DNA of 64,000 nucleotides from Chiloscyllium plagiosum. Its lineage: Eukaryota. A program made the position numbers and the translations under genes. Shown here one piece after another: positions 26,927 through 39,235 of the stretch. The notes beneath the pieces were generated by a model. The model saw only the letters and a program-made list of their open reading frames with translations, had not been told where the DNA came from and did not search any database. How positions within the stretch are numbered: the stretch's first letter is position 1; each line of letters begins with the position of its first letter. Location: positions 104,268,616 to 104,332,615 of the forward strand of contig NC_057718.1 of the NCBI RefSeq assembly GCF_004010195.1. Reading direction: 5' to 3'.

Positions 26927-28492
26927 AGTGTGGGGATTGTTGGGGCAGCCTGGGGGTGTGGGGGTTTTGGAGGGGGTTGGAGGTATGGGATTGTTGGGTG
27001 ATGGATGAGCAAGGTGTGGGGGGTGTTGGGGGTGAGGGAGGGAAATAGGGAGTCAAGAGGTGTGGGGGCAGTTGGGAAGGGGGGTGCGGGGAAGTAGGTG
27101 TGCTCTGCCGGGCTAGCGCACGGTTCTGGCCTACCAGCAGGCTCTGACTGCATACCATTGGAAGGATGTTTTGGTCAAACACCAACTCAAATGGGCCACA
27201 CTCTGGCTCCATCAGTGGGGATGGCGAGTGGCAATGGTTGAGGGATCAATATTGTCCAGGATTGCTGCAGAACTCACCTGCCATTGGCAGTTTGTCATCC
27301 ACCTGGGAAGGCACTCAGGGCCTGTGTTTAACCTCTCATTGGAAGGACAGTCCCAGTGAGAGTGCAGCGCTCCCTCAGCACAGTGACCCACAGGCAGCCA
27401 ACAGGACATACACAAGGCACTGGGCTTACACTCAAATCCACACCCTTCAGAACCAAAGTTAAGATTCTGAGTACCCCAACATATCAGACTCCAGAAAATC
27501 AATACTTTCACAGAAACATAACATTCTAAAACATTTTCATGTTTGGCAGGGGAAGCTGATCAGAGAATTTCCATTTGACAGATGTTTCCCTACACATTGT
27601 GTTTGCCTCTTGATACAATCATTGAAAAAGGTGAATTAATTTCTGATGTAAACCAACGTTCACTCGGTGTTACAGCACACTGTACATTGAAAGCAACAAA
27701 AATGAGCTGAACCAGGAGCAGAGCAGATGGGTTAATCCAGCTCAGATTTCTTGCTACATGGGGAACCATAGACATTATAGAATACATCATTCTTAATATC
27801 CACATCATGGGGAGAGTGGGGAAGGACTCACAACCTTAAATGCATGACTGCCTCCTTATATTCCCACTTGGACACATGAATGTTACAGCCACTGCATTGG
27901 AGGGAATAAAGTTGCTAAAGGTTTTGTTCACAGTATTATTGACAGGCAGGAGAAAAATGGGAGCTGGTATTATCCCGCTCTTTGCTGTCAATTGAATATC
28001 CAGTAAAAATGAGAAATACAGCAGCAATGATACAATTTACTGACCATTTCAAACGCTTTTTTATTGCTTGTTAGGTTGTGTTTATTCCCATCATGTTCGA
28101 AAATCTTGGCTATATAACCAGCAATAACTCAGGTTTATTTTCAATGTACAAGGAATGATTGAACTGAGGTGCACACAGCAATGGCTCACTGATTGTCTAC
28201 AAATCTGGTACATCAGGAATTTTTACTGTGATTTATACCCAATTACACAAACCTGGGTCTCATGGACCAATGAGAGTGTGATTCCATCGCACTGTTGCGA
28301 GTCCAATATTCCATTCAGTGGAAATTTCAGTTGGCTCAATCAACAAAGTGCTGCTTGCAAACTCTAATTCTCCATTTGATCATCAACCAAGCTATGTCCA
28401 GATCACTGAACCAACCTCACCATATTTCACTGCTCCTCCCAGTCTCTTAACTCAGTTGTGATGGAGGAACAATAAAAGTAGCAACAGCGAGT

Positions 28493-29225
28493 GAGACAAT
28501 GAGAGACAGAGAGACAGAGTGAGACAGAGAGAGGGAGAGAGATAGAGAGACAGACAGAGAGAGACAGATAGAGAGAGAGATAGACAGAGAGAAACAGACA
28601 GACAGAGAGACAGAGAGAGATAGAGAGACAGAGAGAGAAAGACAGAGAGAGAAACAGACACAGAGACAGAGAGAGAGAGAGAGACAGAGACACAGAATGG
28701 CAGACAGACAGAGAGACAAAAATGTGTTGCTGGAAAAGCGCAGCAGGTCAGGCAGCATCCAAGGAGCAGGAGAATCGATGTTTCGGGCATGAGCCCGTCT
28801 TCAGGAAGGGCCCTGAAGAAGGGCTCATGCCCGAAACATCGATTTTCCTGCTCCTTGGATGCTGCCTGACCTGCTGCACTTTTCTAGCAACATATTTTCA
28901 GCTCTGATCTCCAGCATCTGCAGTCCTCACTTTCTCCTAGAGAGAGAGAGAGACAGACGGACAGACACAGAGACAGAGAGACAGAGACAGTGACAGAGAC
29001 TGGCAGATAGGCAGAGAGAGACAGACACAGAGACAGACAGAGAGACAGACACAGAGACAGAGAAAGAGAGACAGAGACAGAGATAGAGAGTGTCAAACAG
29101 AGAGAGACAGACAGACAGACACAGAGGCAGAGAGATAGAGACAGAGACAGAGACAGAGAGTGGCAGATAGGCAGAGAGAGACAGACAGAGAGCGAGCGAG
29201 ACAGAGAGAGACAGACAGAGAGACA
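28493..29225. repeat. (GA)/(GACA) microsatellite, interrupted by a PLE hairpin
   Basis: Direct inspection. Confidence 0.95.
28718..28937. mobile_element. Fold-back PLE terminal-repeat insertion (family B) with two hammerheads
   Basis: Inverted arms around ~28808; CTGAAGA a gggc tcat gccc GAAAC on the + arm. Confidence 0.85.
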
Positions 29226-29308
29226 GTTAAAAATCACACAACACCAGGTTACAGTCCAACAGGTTTAATTGGAAGCACTAGCTTTCAGAGCGCTGCTCCT
29301 TCATCTGG
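29225..29308 (-). mobile_element. PLE terminal-repeat fragment (family C)
   Basis: Matches the left arm of 13781-14004. Confidence 0.8.
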
Positions 29309-29431
29309 TCAGCATGACTTTTTAATTCAAGTACACACAAACGAGATCCTTCTAAACATAAGTATTTTTCATCTTTCCTTATGCTGAGGAGCTGAGCAGT
29401 TACACCAATGAAATTAATAAATGACAAAACT

Positions 29432-29615
29432 CATCAGCTCTGGCAGCATCTGTAGGGAGAAAGCAGAGTTAACATTTTGGCTCTGCTAAGCTTTCTTCAG
29501 TTCTGCATTAACCCGAAATGTTAACTCTGCTTTCTCTCCACAGATGCTGCCAGACCCTGCTGAGTTTTCCAGCAATTTCTGATTCTATTCCAGGTTTCCA
29601 GCATCCACAGTTCCT
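29432..29615. mobile_element. Decayed fold-back PLE insertion (family D)
   Basis: ctggcagcatctgtagggagaaagcagagttaaca ... tgttaactctgctttctctccacagatgctgccag inverted arms. Confidence 0.7.
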
Positions 29616-30664
29616 TGGGGTTTTTTTTAAATTAATAAACAGTTGTGCCCAGCTTTGTAGAAGTTATTTCTGCTTATTTATATCAGGTAGTTGATGGAAA
29701 ACACTCTCTTCCAATAAGTCAACTTTTGCTACGTTAATAAAATTGCATCAGGTACTGGCTTTTACAAATATCACAAAATATTGTCCAATGCATAATAAAA
29801 TTAAACTTTCCAGACCCCGTGTGACCCTGTTGCTTTAAGGTCTATAATACTGGGTGATATAATATGGGGCTGAACATAAACACCAGTAGCTCGTTCAATT
29901 CTGAAAACAATCTTAATTTTCAATTCACTCCCAATGCAGAAAGCCTGCATCCCCAACCTTATTCTGCTTTACCACAGCCCCACACTACCTTCAGGACTTT
30001 AAACAAGGCATCCCAAGTACTTTGTAACCTCTTTCAGTCTTAGCGTCAGGAGCCTGGTTATTAACAGGGACTGGTTCCACAGTCAGGGGGTTTGGGGGTT
30101 GCTCAGTCTATGTCAGGAACCAGGGAGAATTGGGCTTCCTTCAGACCTCCACAGTGCTAAACCACAAGGGGTTCACAGCCAGGAATCAGCCGGATTAACC
30201 AATTCCAGCCTCTTGGCAGTCTGGAATTAATTTGCCGAAGGCCAAAGGACTGAGTATGTCAGCTCCATAAGCAAAGGTCAGCCCCTCACCTCCGAGAGGC
30301 TCCATGTGCTGGGGGGGAGGGAGGGTTGGTCTGTTGGAAAGGTAGCAGCTAACTCCTCCAGACCCACAAACAGTGCCATCAAACCAATTCCAAATCCCCT
30401 CGAAGCTGGGGATGCCTCCCTTCACTCATAGTCTTCCTAAGTCCTGGGAAAACCAGGTTAAAGCACAGACTGTTGTTAAAACACTCAAATTACCAAGCCA
30501 ACTGTTGAGAACAAATGGTCAGCCAACCCACCTCCATTGAACCCACAGGTTGGGGAAGGGAGGGGCAGTGGCCATTAATGGTTTGAGGTATTTACATTTC
30601 TTTTCCCATTGACCCGACCCCTCCATTGTTATTTTGGATGGTAAATCTTGCCCACGCTGTTTCT

Positions 30665-30990
30665 AGATTGAATTAGGTTCCTACAGGGTAGAAACAGGCC
30701 CTTCAGCCCAACAAGTCCACACCGAACAGTAACCCACCCAGACCCATTTTCTTACGCTGTATTTCCCTCTGACTAATGTACCTAACACTATGGGGCAATT
30801 TAGCATGACCAATTCACCTGACCTGCACATCTTTGGAACTGTGGGAGGAAACTGGAGCACCCAGAGGAAACCCACACAGACACAGGGAGAATGTGCAAAC
30901 TGCATACAGACAGTCACCCGAGATGGGAATTGAACATGGTCCCTGGTGCTATGAGGCAGCAGTGCTAACCACTGAGCCACCGTGTCACCC
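30665..30990 (-). mobile_element. HE1-type V-SINE
   Basis: Similarity to 18049-18372. Confidence 0.88.
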
Positions 30991-31574
30991 CATTGTTAAA
31001 TGGCAATGGACTGAATTTTATCAGAGACTGGGTAAGGGTCACTTGGGGCAAGTTTCCTGAAGGAATTCTCTCTGAGCAGGTTTTCCTCACACTGTATTCT
31101 CAAACTTATCTCTTTAGCTACATCCCCACTACAGTGACACCCTCCCCCTCACTATATTCTCCCACTCGCCAGGGTGGGGGGGCACACTACCCATTGCTAG
31201 GACCTCCTATGATTCCCAGTACCAGTGCCATTTTTAAAACTCATTCGAGTCTGAATTCCAGATTTGTCTTTTTAATTTAAATCAAATTCTATCTGCCATG
31301 GCAGCATTTGAACTCAGGTCCCTGGAACTTAGCTGAGCTTTTGGATTAATAGTCTAGTGATAATAACACAAGGCTATCACCTCTAGATGCTGCCAGAGCT
31401 CCTGGGTTTCTCCAGCATTCCCTGTTTTTGAAACAGATCACCAGTATCCGCAATGTTTTGGTTTTGAACTCTTAAGCACAACATAAATTTCAAACTTGAC
31501 CCATTTGAAAGTGATGAGAAGCAAAAACAACAGCTAATTTCCCCCATTTTGTTTTGGGAATGGTTAATCCATAT

Positions 31575-32130
31575 GAACGTGAGTGTTGCTGGCTGGGCCC
31601 AGTATTTATTGCCCGTCCCTAGTTGCCCCTTCAGAAGGTGGGGGTGAGCTGCCTTCTTGAACCACTTTGGTCCCTGTGCTCTAGGTAGACCCACAATGCC
31701 CTTAGGGAGGGAATTATAGAATTTTGACCCAGTGACAGTGAAGGAACAGCGATATATTTCCAAGTCAGGATGTGGAGCGGCCTGGAGGAGAACTTGAATG
31801 TGGTGGTATATCTGCTGCCCTTGTCCTTCTAGATAGAAGGGGTTGTGGGTTTGGAAGGTGCTGTCTGAGGATCTTTGGTGAGTTTCTGCAGCGCATCTTG
31901 TAGATAGTACACACTGCTGCTCCTGAGCGTGGGTGGTGGAGGGAGGGGATGTTTGTGGATGTGGAGCCAATCAAGCAGGGGCTGCTTTGTCCTGGATGGT
32001 GTCAAACTTCTTGAGTGTTGTTGGAGCTGCCCCCATCCAGACAAGTGGGGAGTATTCCTCACACTCCTGACTTGTGCCTTGCAGATGGTGGACAGGCTTT
32101 AGAGAGTTACTCACTCAGAAGGTAAACTTG
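31575..32130 (-). mobile_element. LINE 3' fragment (second CR1/L2-group family)
   Basis: Minus strand SFTVTGSKFYNSLP...FKKAAHPHLLKG; a second copy of this tail lies at 32487-32900. Confidence 0.75.
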
Positions 32131-32156
32131 TCCAGGATTCCTAGCCTCAGACTTAC

Positions 32157-32190
32157 TGTTTTAGTTGAATTTGGACTACTTCTTGTATTC
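32157..32190 (-). CDS. Candidate 34-nt micro-exon (IQEVVQIQLK or NTRSSPNSTKT), gene unidentified
   Basis: Acceptor ttatccttcattgtag and donor gtaagt. Confidence 0.2.
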
Positions 32191-32672
32191 CTACAATGAA
32201 GGATAACTAATAATTATTTCCATTTATTATGAGACAAAATAACACTTTGGATAACCTTTAAACATAAACATAAATAGGCAGTTCCTGGCCTGTTAAATAA
32301 GGCATTTTAAGTTTTTTTCTCAATAACTGCAAATTAATTTAGCAAAAACAATAAACGATTAGTGCAATTTCAAAATAATCTCCTTGGCATCTTTATTCAT
32401 GCATATCTGAATATAAATGATCACCATTAGATAATGTGATGCAATTTAATTAAAACTTTCCTAACTTTTAATTGTTGAACAAGTTTTTTATTCATTTAGA
32501 GAATATGGGCCTCGCTGCCTAGGTCAGCATTTATTGCCCCTTGAGAAGGTGGGGGTGAGCTGCCTTCTTGAATCGCTTCGGTCCCTGCGCTCTAGGTAGA
32601 CCCACAATGCCCTTAGGGAGAGAATTCCAGGATTTTGACCCAGCGACAGTGAAGGAACAGCAATATATTTCC

Positions 32673-32870
32673 AAAGTTAAAAATCACACCAGCACCAGGT
32701 CATAGGCCAATAAGTTTATTTGGAAGCACTAGCTTTCGGAGTTGCCACCTGATGAAGGAGCAGCACTCCGAAAGCCAGCGCTTCCAATTAAACCTGTTGG
32801 ACTGTAACCTGGTGTTGGTGTGATTTTTAACTTTGCACACCCCAGTTCAACACCAGCATCTCCAAATCAT
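32673..32870. mobile_element. Fold-back PLE insertion (family C) inside a LINE tail
   Basis: Inverted arms aaaaatcacaccagcaccagg... / ...cctggtgttggtgtgatttttaacttt; aatatatt(t)cc flanking duplication. Confidence 0.82.
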
Positions 32871-33709
32871 AATATATTCCAAGTCAGGATGGGGAGTGGC
32901 TTAATGTGATGCATTTTAATTTTTTAAACTCACTTTGAGCTTCAACCTAAACACCTGCCTTTAACTAGTTTCATTACGACTGAGCTTTTATCTGCTTTTA
33001 CCACGAATTTCTATTGAGATGGTCAGCACTAATTCCAACTGCTACATCACAGTCAATAAAGCTGCAATCCACACATGAACAATCAGGATACACAGATAAT
33101 CTACTGCAGGCTTGTTTGGAAACACACCTAACTCACTGTATTTATGCGCATTTGAATGGCAGTCTCTCTGGGAGTATAGCAATCATTCAAACATCTTGTA
33201 ATTGTCATAGAGAATCAAATTGGGGCAAAGGAGTTTGACATGATAAATTGACTGTGCCCTGTGGGGATTTTAATGGTAATCCCTTTCAGTTAGAGACCTC
33301 TATCTCAACATGCGATCTTGCGATAGACTATTTATCCTTCTTTACACAAAATGAGTGGCCCCTGAGGAACTGCAATCTACCCAGTTCTGTGTATAATGGG
33401 TCAGATACCACATGAGAGCAAAATTATACAATCACTTTCTCTATAGAGGGAATAAAGGCCTTAAAATCTATTTGCTAGGTAATGCTCCCTAGATTATAAA
33501 CTGCTCTGAAAAGGTTAAAAAGAGATTGAGCTCATTGTATCGATTAGAACAGTGTCCATGTCTCATGTTTCACGTGGAAAGGTTATAGCAAAAGCAGAAA
33601 TGTTGATTTCCCACATTGTTACAATCAGTGTGACAACAGGGAAATATGCTTCACTCTGGAGAAAGCTTATATTTATCTATGTTCTCTGGGTGAGTATTTT
33701 TGTTATATA

Positions 33710-34012
33710 GGTAGACCCACAGAATGTTCTGGGGTTCAAATCCCACCAGGGCAGATGGCAGATGGTGCAATTTGATTTAATAAAAATCTGGAATTAAGAG
33801 TCTAATGATGACCATTGTCAATTGTCAGTAAAATCCATTTGGTACATTCATGTCCTTCAGTGAAGGAAACCTCCCATCCTCACCTGGTCTGGCCTACATA
33901 TGACTCCAGACCCACAGCAATGTGGTTGCCTCTAAACTGCCCTCTGGGCAATTAGGGATGGGCAATAAATGCTGCCCAGCCAGTGACACCCACATCCCAT
34001 GAATGAATAAAA
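33710..34012 (+). mobile_element. tRNA-derived SINE (same family as 7315-7690)
   Basis: gggttcaaatcccacc; 3' tail matches the LINE at 31575. Confidence 0.7.
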
Positions 34013-34056
34013 AGTCATATACTTCAAAGTGTCGACAATCAAATAAAGTTTTGTAA

Positions 34057-35292
34057 GTGATTCAACTCCTCCCCGCTCAATCAGTGACACCCCTCCCTAT
34101 CTCTATGATCCAACTTCTCCCCACTCCATCAGTGACACCCCTCCCTATCTCTATGATCCAACTCCTCCCCACTCCATCTGTGAATGATCCAACTCCTCCC
34201 CACTCCATCAGTGACACCCCTCCCTATCTCTATGATCCAACTCCTCCCCACTCCATCAGTGACACCCCTCCCTATCTCTATGATCCAACTCCTCCCCACT
34301 CCATCAGTGACACCCCTCCCTATCTCTATGATCCAACTCCTCCCCACTCCATCAGTGACACCCCTCCCTATCTCTATGATCCAACTCCTCCCCACTCCAT
34401 CAGTGACACCCCTCCCTATCTCTATGATCCAACTCCTCCCCACTCCATCAGTGACACCCCTCCCTATCTCTATGATCCAACTCCTCCCCACTCCATCAGT
34501 GACACCCCTCCCTATCTCTATGATCCAACTCCTCCCCACTCCATCAGTGACACCCCTCCCTATCTCTATGATCCAACTCCTCCCCACTCCATCAGTGACA
34601 CCCCTCCCTATCTCTATGATCCAACTCCTCCCCACTCCATCAGTGACACCCCTCCCTATCTCTATGATCCAACTCCTCCCCACTCCATCAGTGACACCCC
34701 TCCCTATCTCTATGATCCAACTCCTCCCCACTCCATCAGTGACACCCCTCCCTATCTCTATGATCCAACTCCTCCCCACTCCATCAGTGACACCCCTCCC
34801 TATCTCTATGATCCAACTCCTCCCCACTCCATCAGTGACACCCCTCCCTATCTCTATGATCCAACTCCTCCCCACTCCATCAGTGACACCCCTCCCTATC
34901 TCTATGATCCAACTCCTCCCCACTCCCTCAGTGACACCCCTCCCTCTCTCTATGATCCAACTCCTCCCCACTCCCTCAGTGACACCCCTCCCTCTCTCTA
35001 TGATCCAACTCCTCCCCACTCCCTCAGTGACACCCCTCCCTCTCTCTATGATCCAACTCCTCCCCACTCCCTCAGTGACACCCCTCCCTCTCTCTATGAT
35101 CCAACTCCTCCCCACTCCCTCAGTGACACCCCTCCCTCTCTCTATGATCCAACTCCTCCCCACTCCCTCAGTGACACCCCTCCCTCTCTCTATGATCCAA
35201 CTCCTCCCCACTCCATCAGTGACACCCCTCCCTATCTCTATGATCCAGCCCCTCCCGCTCCATCAGTGACACCCCTCCCTATCTCTATGATC
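34057..35292. repeat. 48-bp minisatellite, ~25 copies, highly homogeneous
   Basis: Unit atgatccaactcctccccactccatcagtgacacccctccctatctct. Confidence 0.98.
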
Positions 35293-36480
35293 TCTTCTAG
35301 TCTCACCTAACTTCGAAATCTCTCTATTCCTCCAGTGCCTCCTGAACAACCCTGATTTTAGCTGCTCCACATTGAGGGCTGTGTCGAGGTACCTGGATCC
35401 CAAACCCAGGAATTATTTCCCCAAACCTCTCGAGAAGATACAGGAGCAGAATTAGACCAATCGGCCCATTGACTCCGCTCTGCCACTTCATCATGGCTGA
35501 TATTTTTCTCAAACCCATTCTCCTGCCTTCTCCCTGTAAGTCTGGATCTCCTTACTCATCAAGAACCTATCTTTCTCTGTCTCAAAGACACTCAATGACT
35601 TGGCTTCCACAGCCCTTTATGATAATGAGTTTCACAGGCAGGAGTGAGAACTGATTGGAATTGGTTTCACTCACATACACAAAGTGAACTTTCTCCCATG
35701 TTGTAGCTCTGCTGCCCTCTGCTGGTTACTGCCATCCCATCTGATCCAAAACTGCTCTCGGTGCAAATCTACTGTCAGCATTGTCAAAACTCTTTTTGTC
35801 CAAGAACTATAAACTCTAATTAAAAGCGGAGATCCTGAATCAACGTGTACTCATTTCCCAAATGAATACAGCCCAGTATGGCCATTCCAGTGGATAGGAA
35901 CAGGAGTAGACCATTCAGTCCCTCCAGAGCCTGCTACCCCACTCAAGATCACGGCTGACCAGCGCTATCCTCCCAGGGATCAAGTCCAATACAGTTGGTG
36001 TTAATCTAACTCCATCATTCCCATTCGGTCTGCAACAGCTCCTCTGGGTTAATAACACATCGCATCATCCCTCTCCCTCCAACACCTGGAGTACAGTCTT
36101 CAGCTGTTCTGCCTCCTGCCGCTCAAACTGGGCACATCCAGGCCATTTTAGCAGGATCAGTGTGGGGGGGTGTGGGTGTTGGGGATGGGAGGGGGCAGCG
36201 CAACACAGATTCACACGTTTCCATTCTAACACCAGCCTGAATAACACTCACCATTGGAATCACAGATTCACATAAATCGTACGGAGCACATAGAGACCTT
36301 CAGTCCATTGTGCCTGCTCCAACTCTCCAAATGACCAGAATGGCTTTGTGCTGATCTCGTGCCTTTTCCCTGCAACGCTGCACTTTAATCAAAACATCCA
36401 ATGCTCTCTCGAATTGAACCTGCCTCCACCATCACAATCACAGACATTGTGTTCCTGACCCTAACTACTCATTGATTGAA

Positions 36481-36982
36481 CATAGAGTCATAGTCATAGA
36501 ATCATAGAGATGTACAGCACGGAAACAGACCCTAATTCATCCATACCGACCAGATATCCTTAATTAGCCTAGTCCCACCTGCCAGCACCCAGCCCATATC
36601 TCTCCAAACCCTTCCTATTCATATACCCATCCAGATGCCTCTTAAATGTTGTAATTGTACCAGCCTCCACCACTTCCTCTGGCAGCTCATTCCATAAACA
36701 CACCACCCTCTGCATGAGAAAGTTGCCCCTTAGGTCTCTTTTATATCTTTTCCCTCTTACCCTAAACCTATGCCCTCCAGTTTTGGACATTCCTACCCTG
36801 GGGAAAAGACCTTGTCTATTTACCCTATCCATGCCATTTAAATCTCATAATTTTAGAAACCTCTATAAGGTCATCCCAACGCTCTAGGGAAAAGACCTCC
36901 AGCCTATTCAGCCTCTCCCTGTATCTCAAACTCTCCAACCCTGGCAACATCCTTGCAAATCTTTTCTGAATCCTCCCAAGTT
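36481..36982 (-). mobile_element. HER1/CR1 LINE 3' fragment
   Basis: ORF 36569-36832: RVVCLWNELPEEVVEAG. Confidence 0.92.
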
Positions 36983-37486
36983 TCTTTAATTCTCACCTTA
37001 CATTTGACTCCTTTCATTTTACGTCTGTGGTATCTCATCGACTCTCAATGGCTTTAATGGTATCAAATAAATTCTGCTACATCTCCGTTTCCCCTAGTAC
37101 TTCATATTACTTCCAACATCCCAGCTGAACCAGTTTTATTTTAAAATGGGGTCAAATTGCTTTTCAGAACAAACAGCTATAAAATGTGACTCTTTAATTT
37201 TATGATACTGGAACAGACTACTGATCCAAAACTCATGCTTGGTGAATGTGACCACTTACTGTCCATTGATTTCCTAGTTTTCCTTGATTACATCACTGCT
37301 ACATGTCCATACAGATATGACATTTACAGAATAATCATTAAAAACTATTAAAATTCCAGCTAAACGGAACACAGCCACCATTTTCACCTGAAGGCTCTTG
37401 TCAAAGGATAAGTTCCTTATAACTCATTAACAGTTAGATAGACACAAGATTCAGGAAACCCTTCATATCAGGAATAACAAATATCA

Positions 37487-37909
37487 AAGTTAAAAATCAC
37501 ACAACACCAGGTTATAGTCCAACCAGTTTAATTGGAAGCACTCGCTTTCGGAGCGGCGCTACTTCATCAGGTGATAGTGGAGGGCTCAATCCTAACACAC
37601 AGAATTTATAGCAAACATTTAGTGTGATGTAACTGAAATTATACATTGAAAAATTGATTGTCTGTTAAGCCTTTCATCTGTTAGAATACAGTGATAGTTT
37701 CACTTCTTTCATGTGTAAATCACAAAACCTTTTTTTAAAATAGTTGTATTTTCGGGTTAGCTGTTAACAATGGTGATAGCTAGACAATATGTTGAAGGTG
37801 TTGGCCCCCTGTGTTCTCTGTCTATGCCATGATGTTTAGATTGATTCTAATCTAAAAAGTGAGATAACAGAGTTTTACATGAATTCATGCAGTTTTTGAG
37901 CTCAGAGTT
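37487..37909 (-). mobile_element. PLE family C terminal region (longer copy)
   Basis: Family C terminus with hammerhead at ~37540-37575; 11-bp TSD caaatatcaaa at 37478-37488 and 37910-37920. Confidence 0.8.
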
Positions 37910-38319
37910 CAAATATCAAAATGCTGTGAGTGTGGGAGGAAATTGATCGATTCCTCCCAGATTAGAAATGAACATTAAGCTTCAAACACTCTCAAACCTT
38001 AAAGCCTTGATATGAATCTACAAGTTGACAAATGTTTACTGATTTTATTTAAATATCACCGGAATGGGATGTGAAACAGACTCTACAAATTCTACAAGTC
38101 ATTCTACAAATCCAACTGAATATGGTCTGCTCTCAATAAAAACAATCAGCTTGCTCCTCTCCCCACTGAGTGAGTGGGGAGGTAGGAGACAGGAGTGGGG
38201 ACAGACTTGGAGAAGAGTGGGGGGGGCGTCAGTGTGGACTGGGAGGCTTTTATTCTCTTCCTTACCCCCACACTACTGCTACACAGCAATAATGCTTCCC
38301 TTTCCTCACAGCACGCGCG

Positions 38320-38790
38320 CGGTGTGTGTGTGTGTGCATGTGTGTGTGTCTGTGTGCGCGTGCGTCTGTGTGTGTGCGTGAGAGAGAGTATGTGTGTGAG
38401 AATGTGTGTCTGTGAGAGAGAGTGTGTGTGTGAGAGTGTGTGTCTGTCTGTGTGTTTGAGAGTGTGTCTGTCTGTGTATGTGTGAGTGTGTGTGTTTGTG
38501 TGTGTGTGTGTCTGTATGTGTGTCTGTGTGTGTGTCTGTGTGTGCGATAGAGTGTGTGTGTGTCTGTATGTCTGTGTATGTGCCTGTGTGTGTGACAGAG
38601 TGTGTGTGTCTGTATGTCTGTGTGTGTGTGTCTGTGTGCGTGTGTGCGTGTGTGTCTGTATGTCTGTCTGTGTCTGTGTGAGTGTGTGCGTGTGTGTGTG
38701 TATGTGCCTGTATGTGTGTGTCTATGTGTGTGTGTGTGTCTGTCTGTCTGTGTCTGTGTGAGAGAGTGTGTGTGTGTCTGTGTGTGTACA
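38320..38790. repeat. Imperfect (TG)n microsatellite
   Basis: Direct inspection. Confidence 0.97.
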
Positions 38791-39161
38791 CAGGGACTCA
38801 ATAAGGACAGCACTGCGCAAATAATTTTGTTTAATATTTCCACCACCAGAAAATGCCCCACCCCCATGTGGCGCCAGGGAACCTGTGACAAACGAGACCC
38901 AATCGGGGCAAGGCTTGTGTGAGAAAAATTAAAAGGGGGAGGTAGGGATCAAATCAAAATAGAGTTGGAGGGAGTATTAAATCAGCCTCTCCCCCCCCCC
39001 CCCCAACCACAGTACCCCCCACTCCCACAGTTCCACCACCAATCCCGCAGTTCCCCACCCCCTGCATTTCCCTCCCATGTGGTTCCCCACCCCCAAAGGC
39101 ATCGAGAGTGTTGGTGGACACTGCAAACTCCTTGTCCAGGGACACCCAGGCTCCAACATAC

Positions 39162-39235
39162 CAGGAGGTTTTACAACACCCTGCAGAGGCCGGTGGGCCT
39201 GAATCAGAAACTCAGGGCCTGTTACTGCCTGAAAC
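39162..39235 (-). CDS. Candidate 74-nt exon (FQAVTGPEFLIQAHRPLQGVVKPP), gene unidentified
   Basis: Acceptor gggtttctgtttgctgcag, donor CTG|gtatgt, open frame. Confidence 0.22.

Noticed and set aside
25899..27212. Long ORFs of 334-437 aa
   Set aside because: Artefacts of the N gap.
34057..35310. 417-aa Pro-rich ORF and overlapping 360-aa ORFs; also superficially CRISPR-like regularity
   Set aside because: Translation of a 48-bp tandem repeat; no unique spacers, no cas genes, eukaryotic context.
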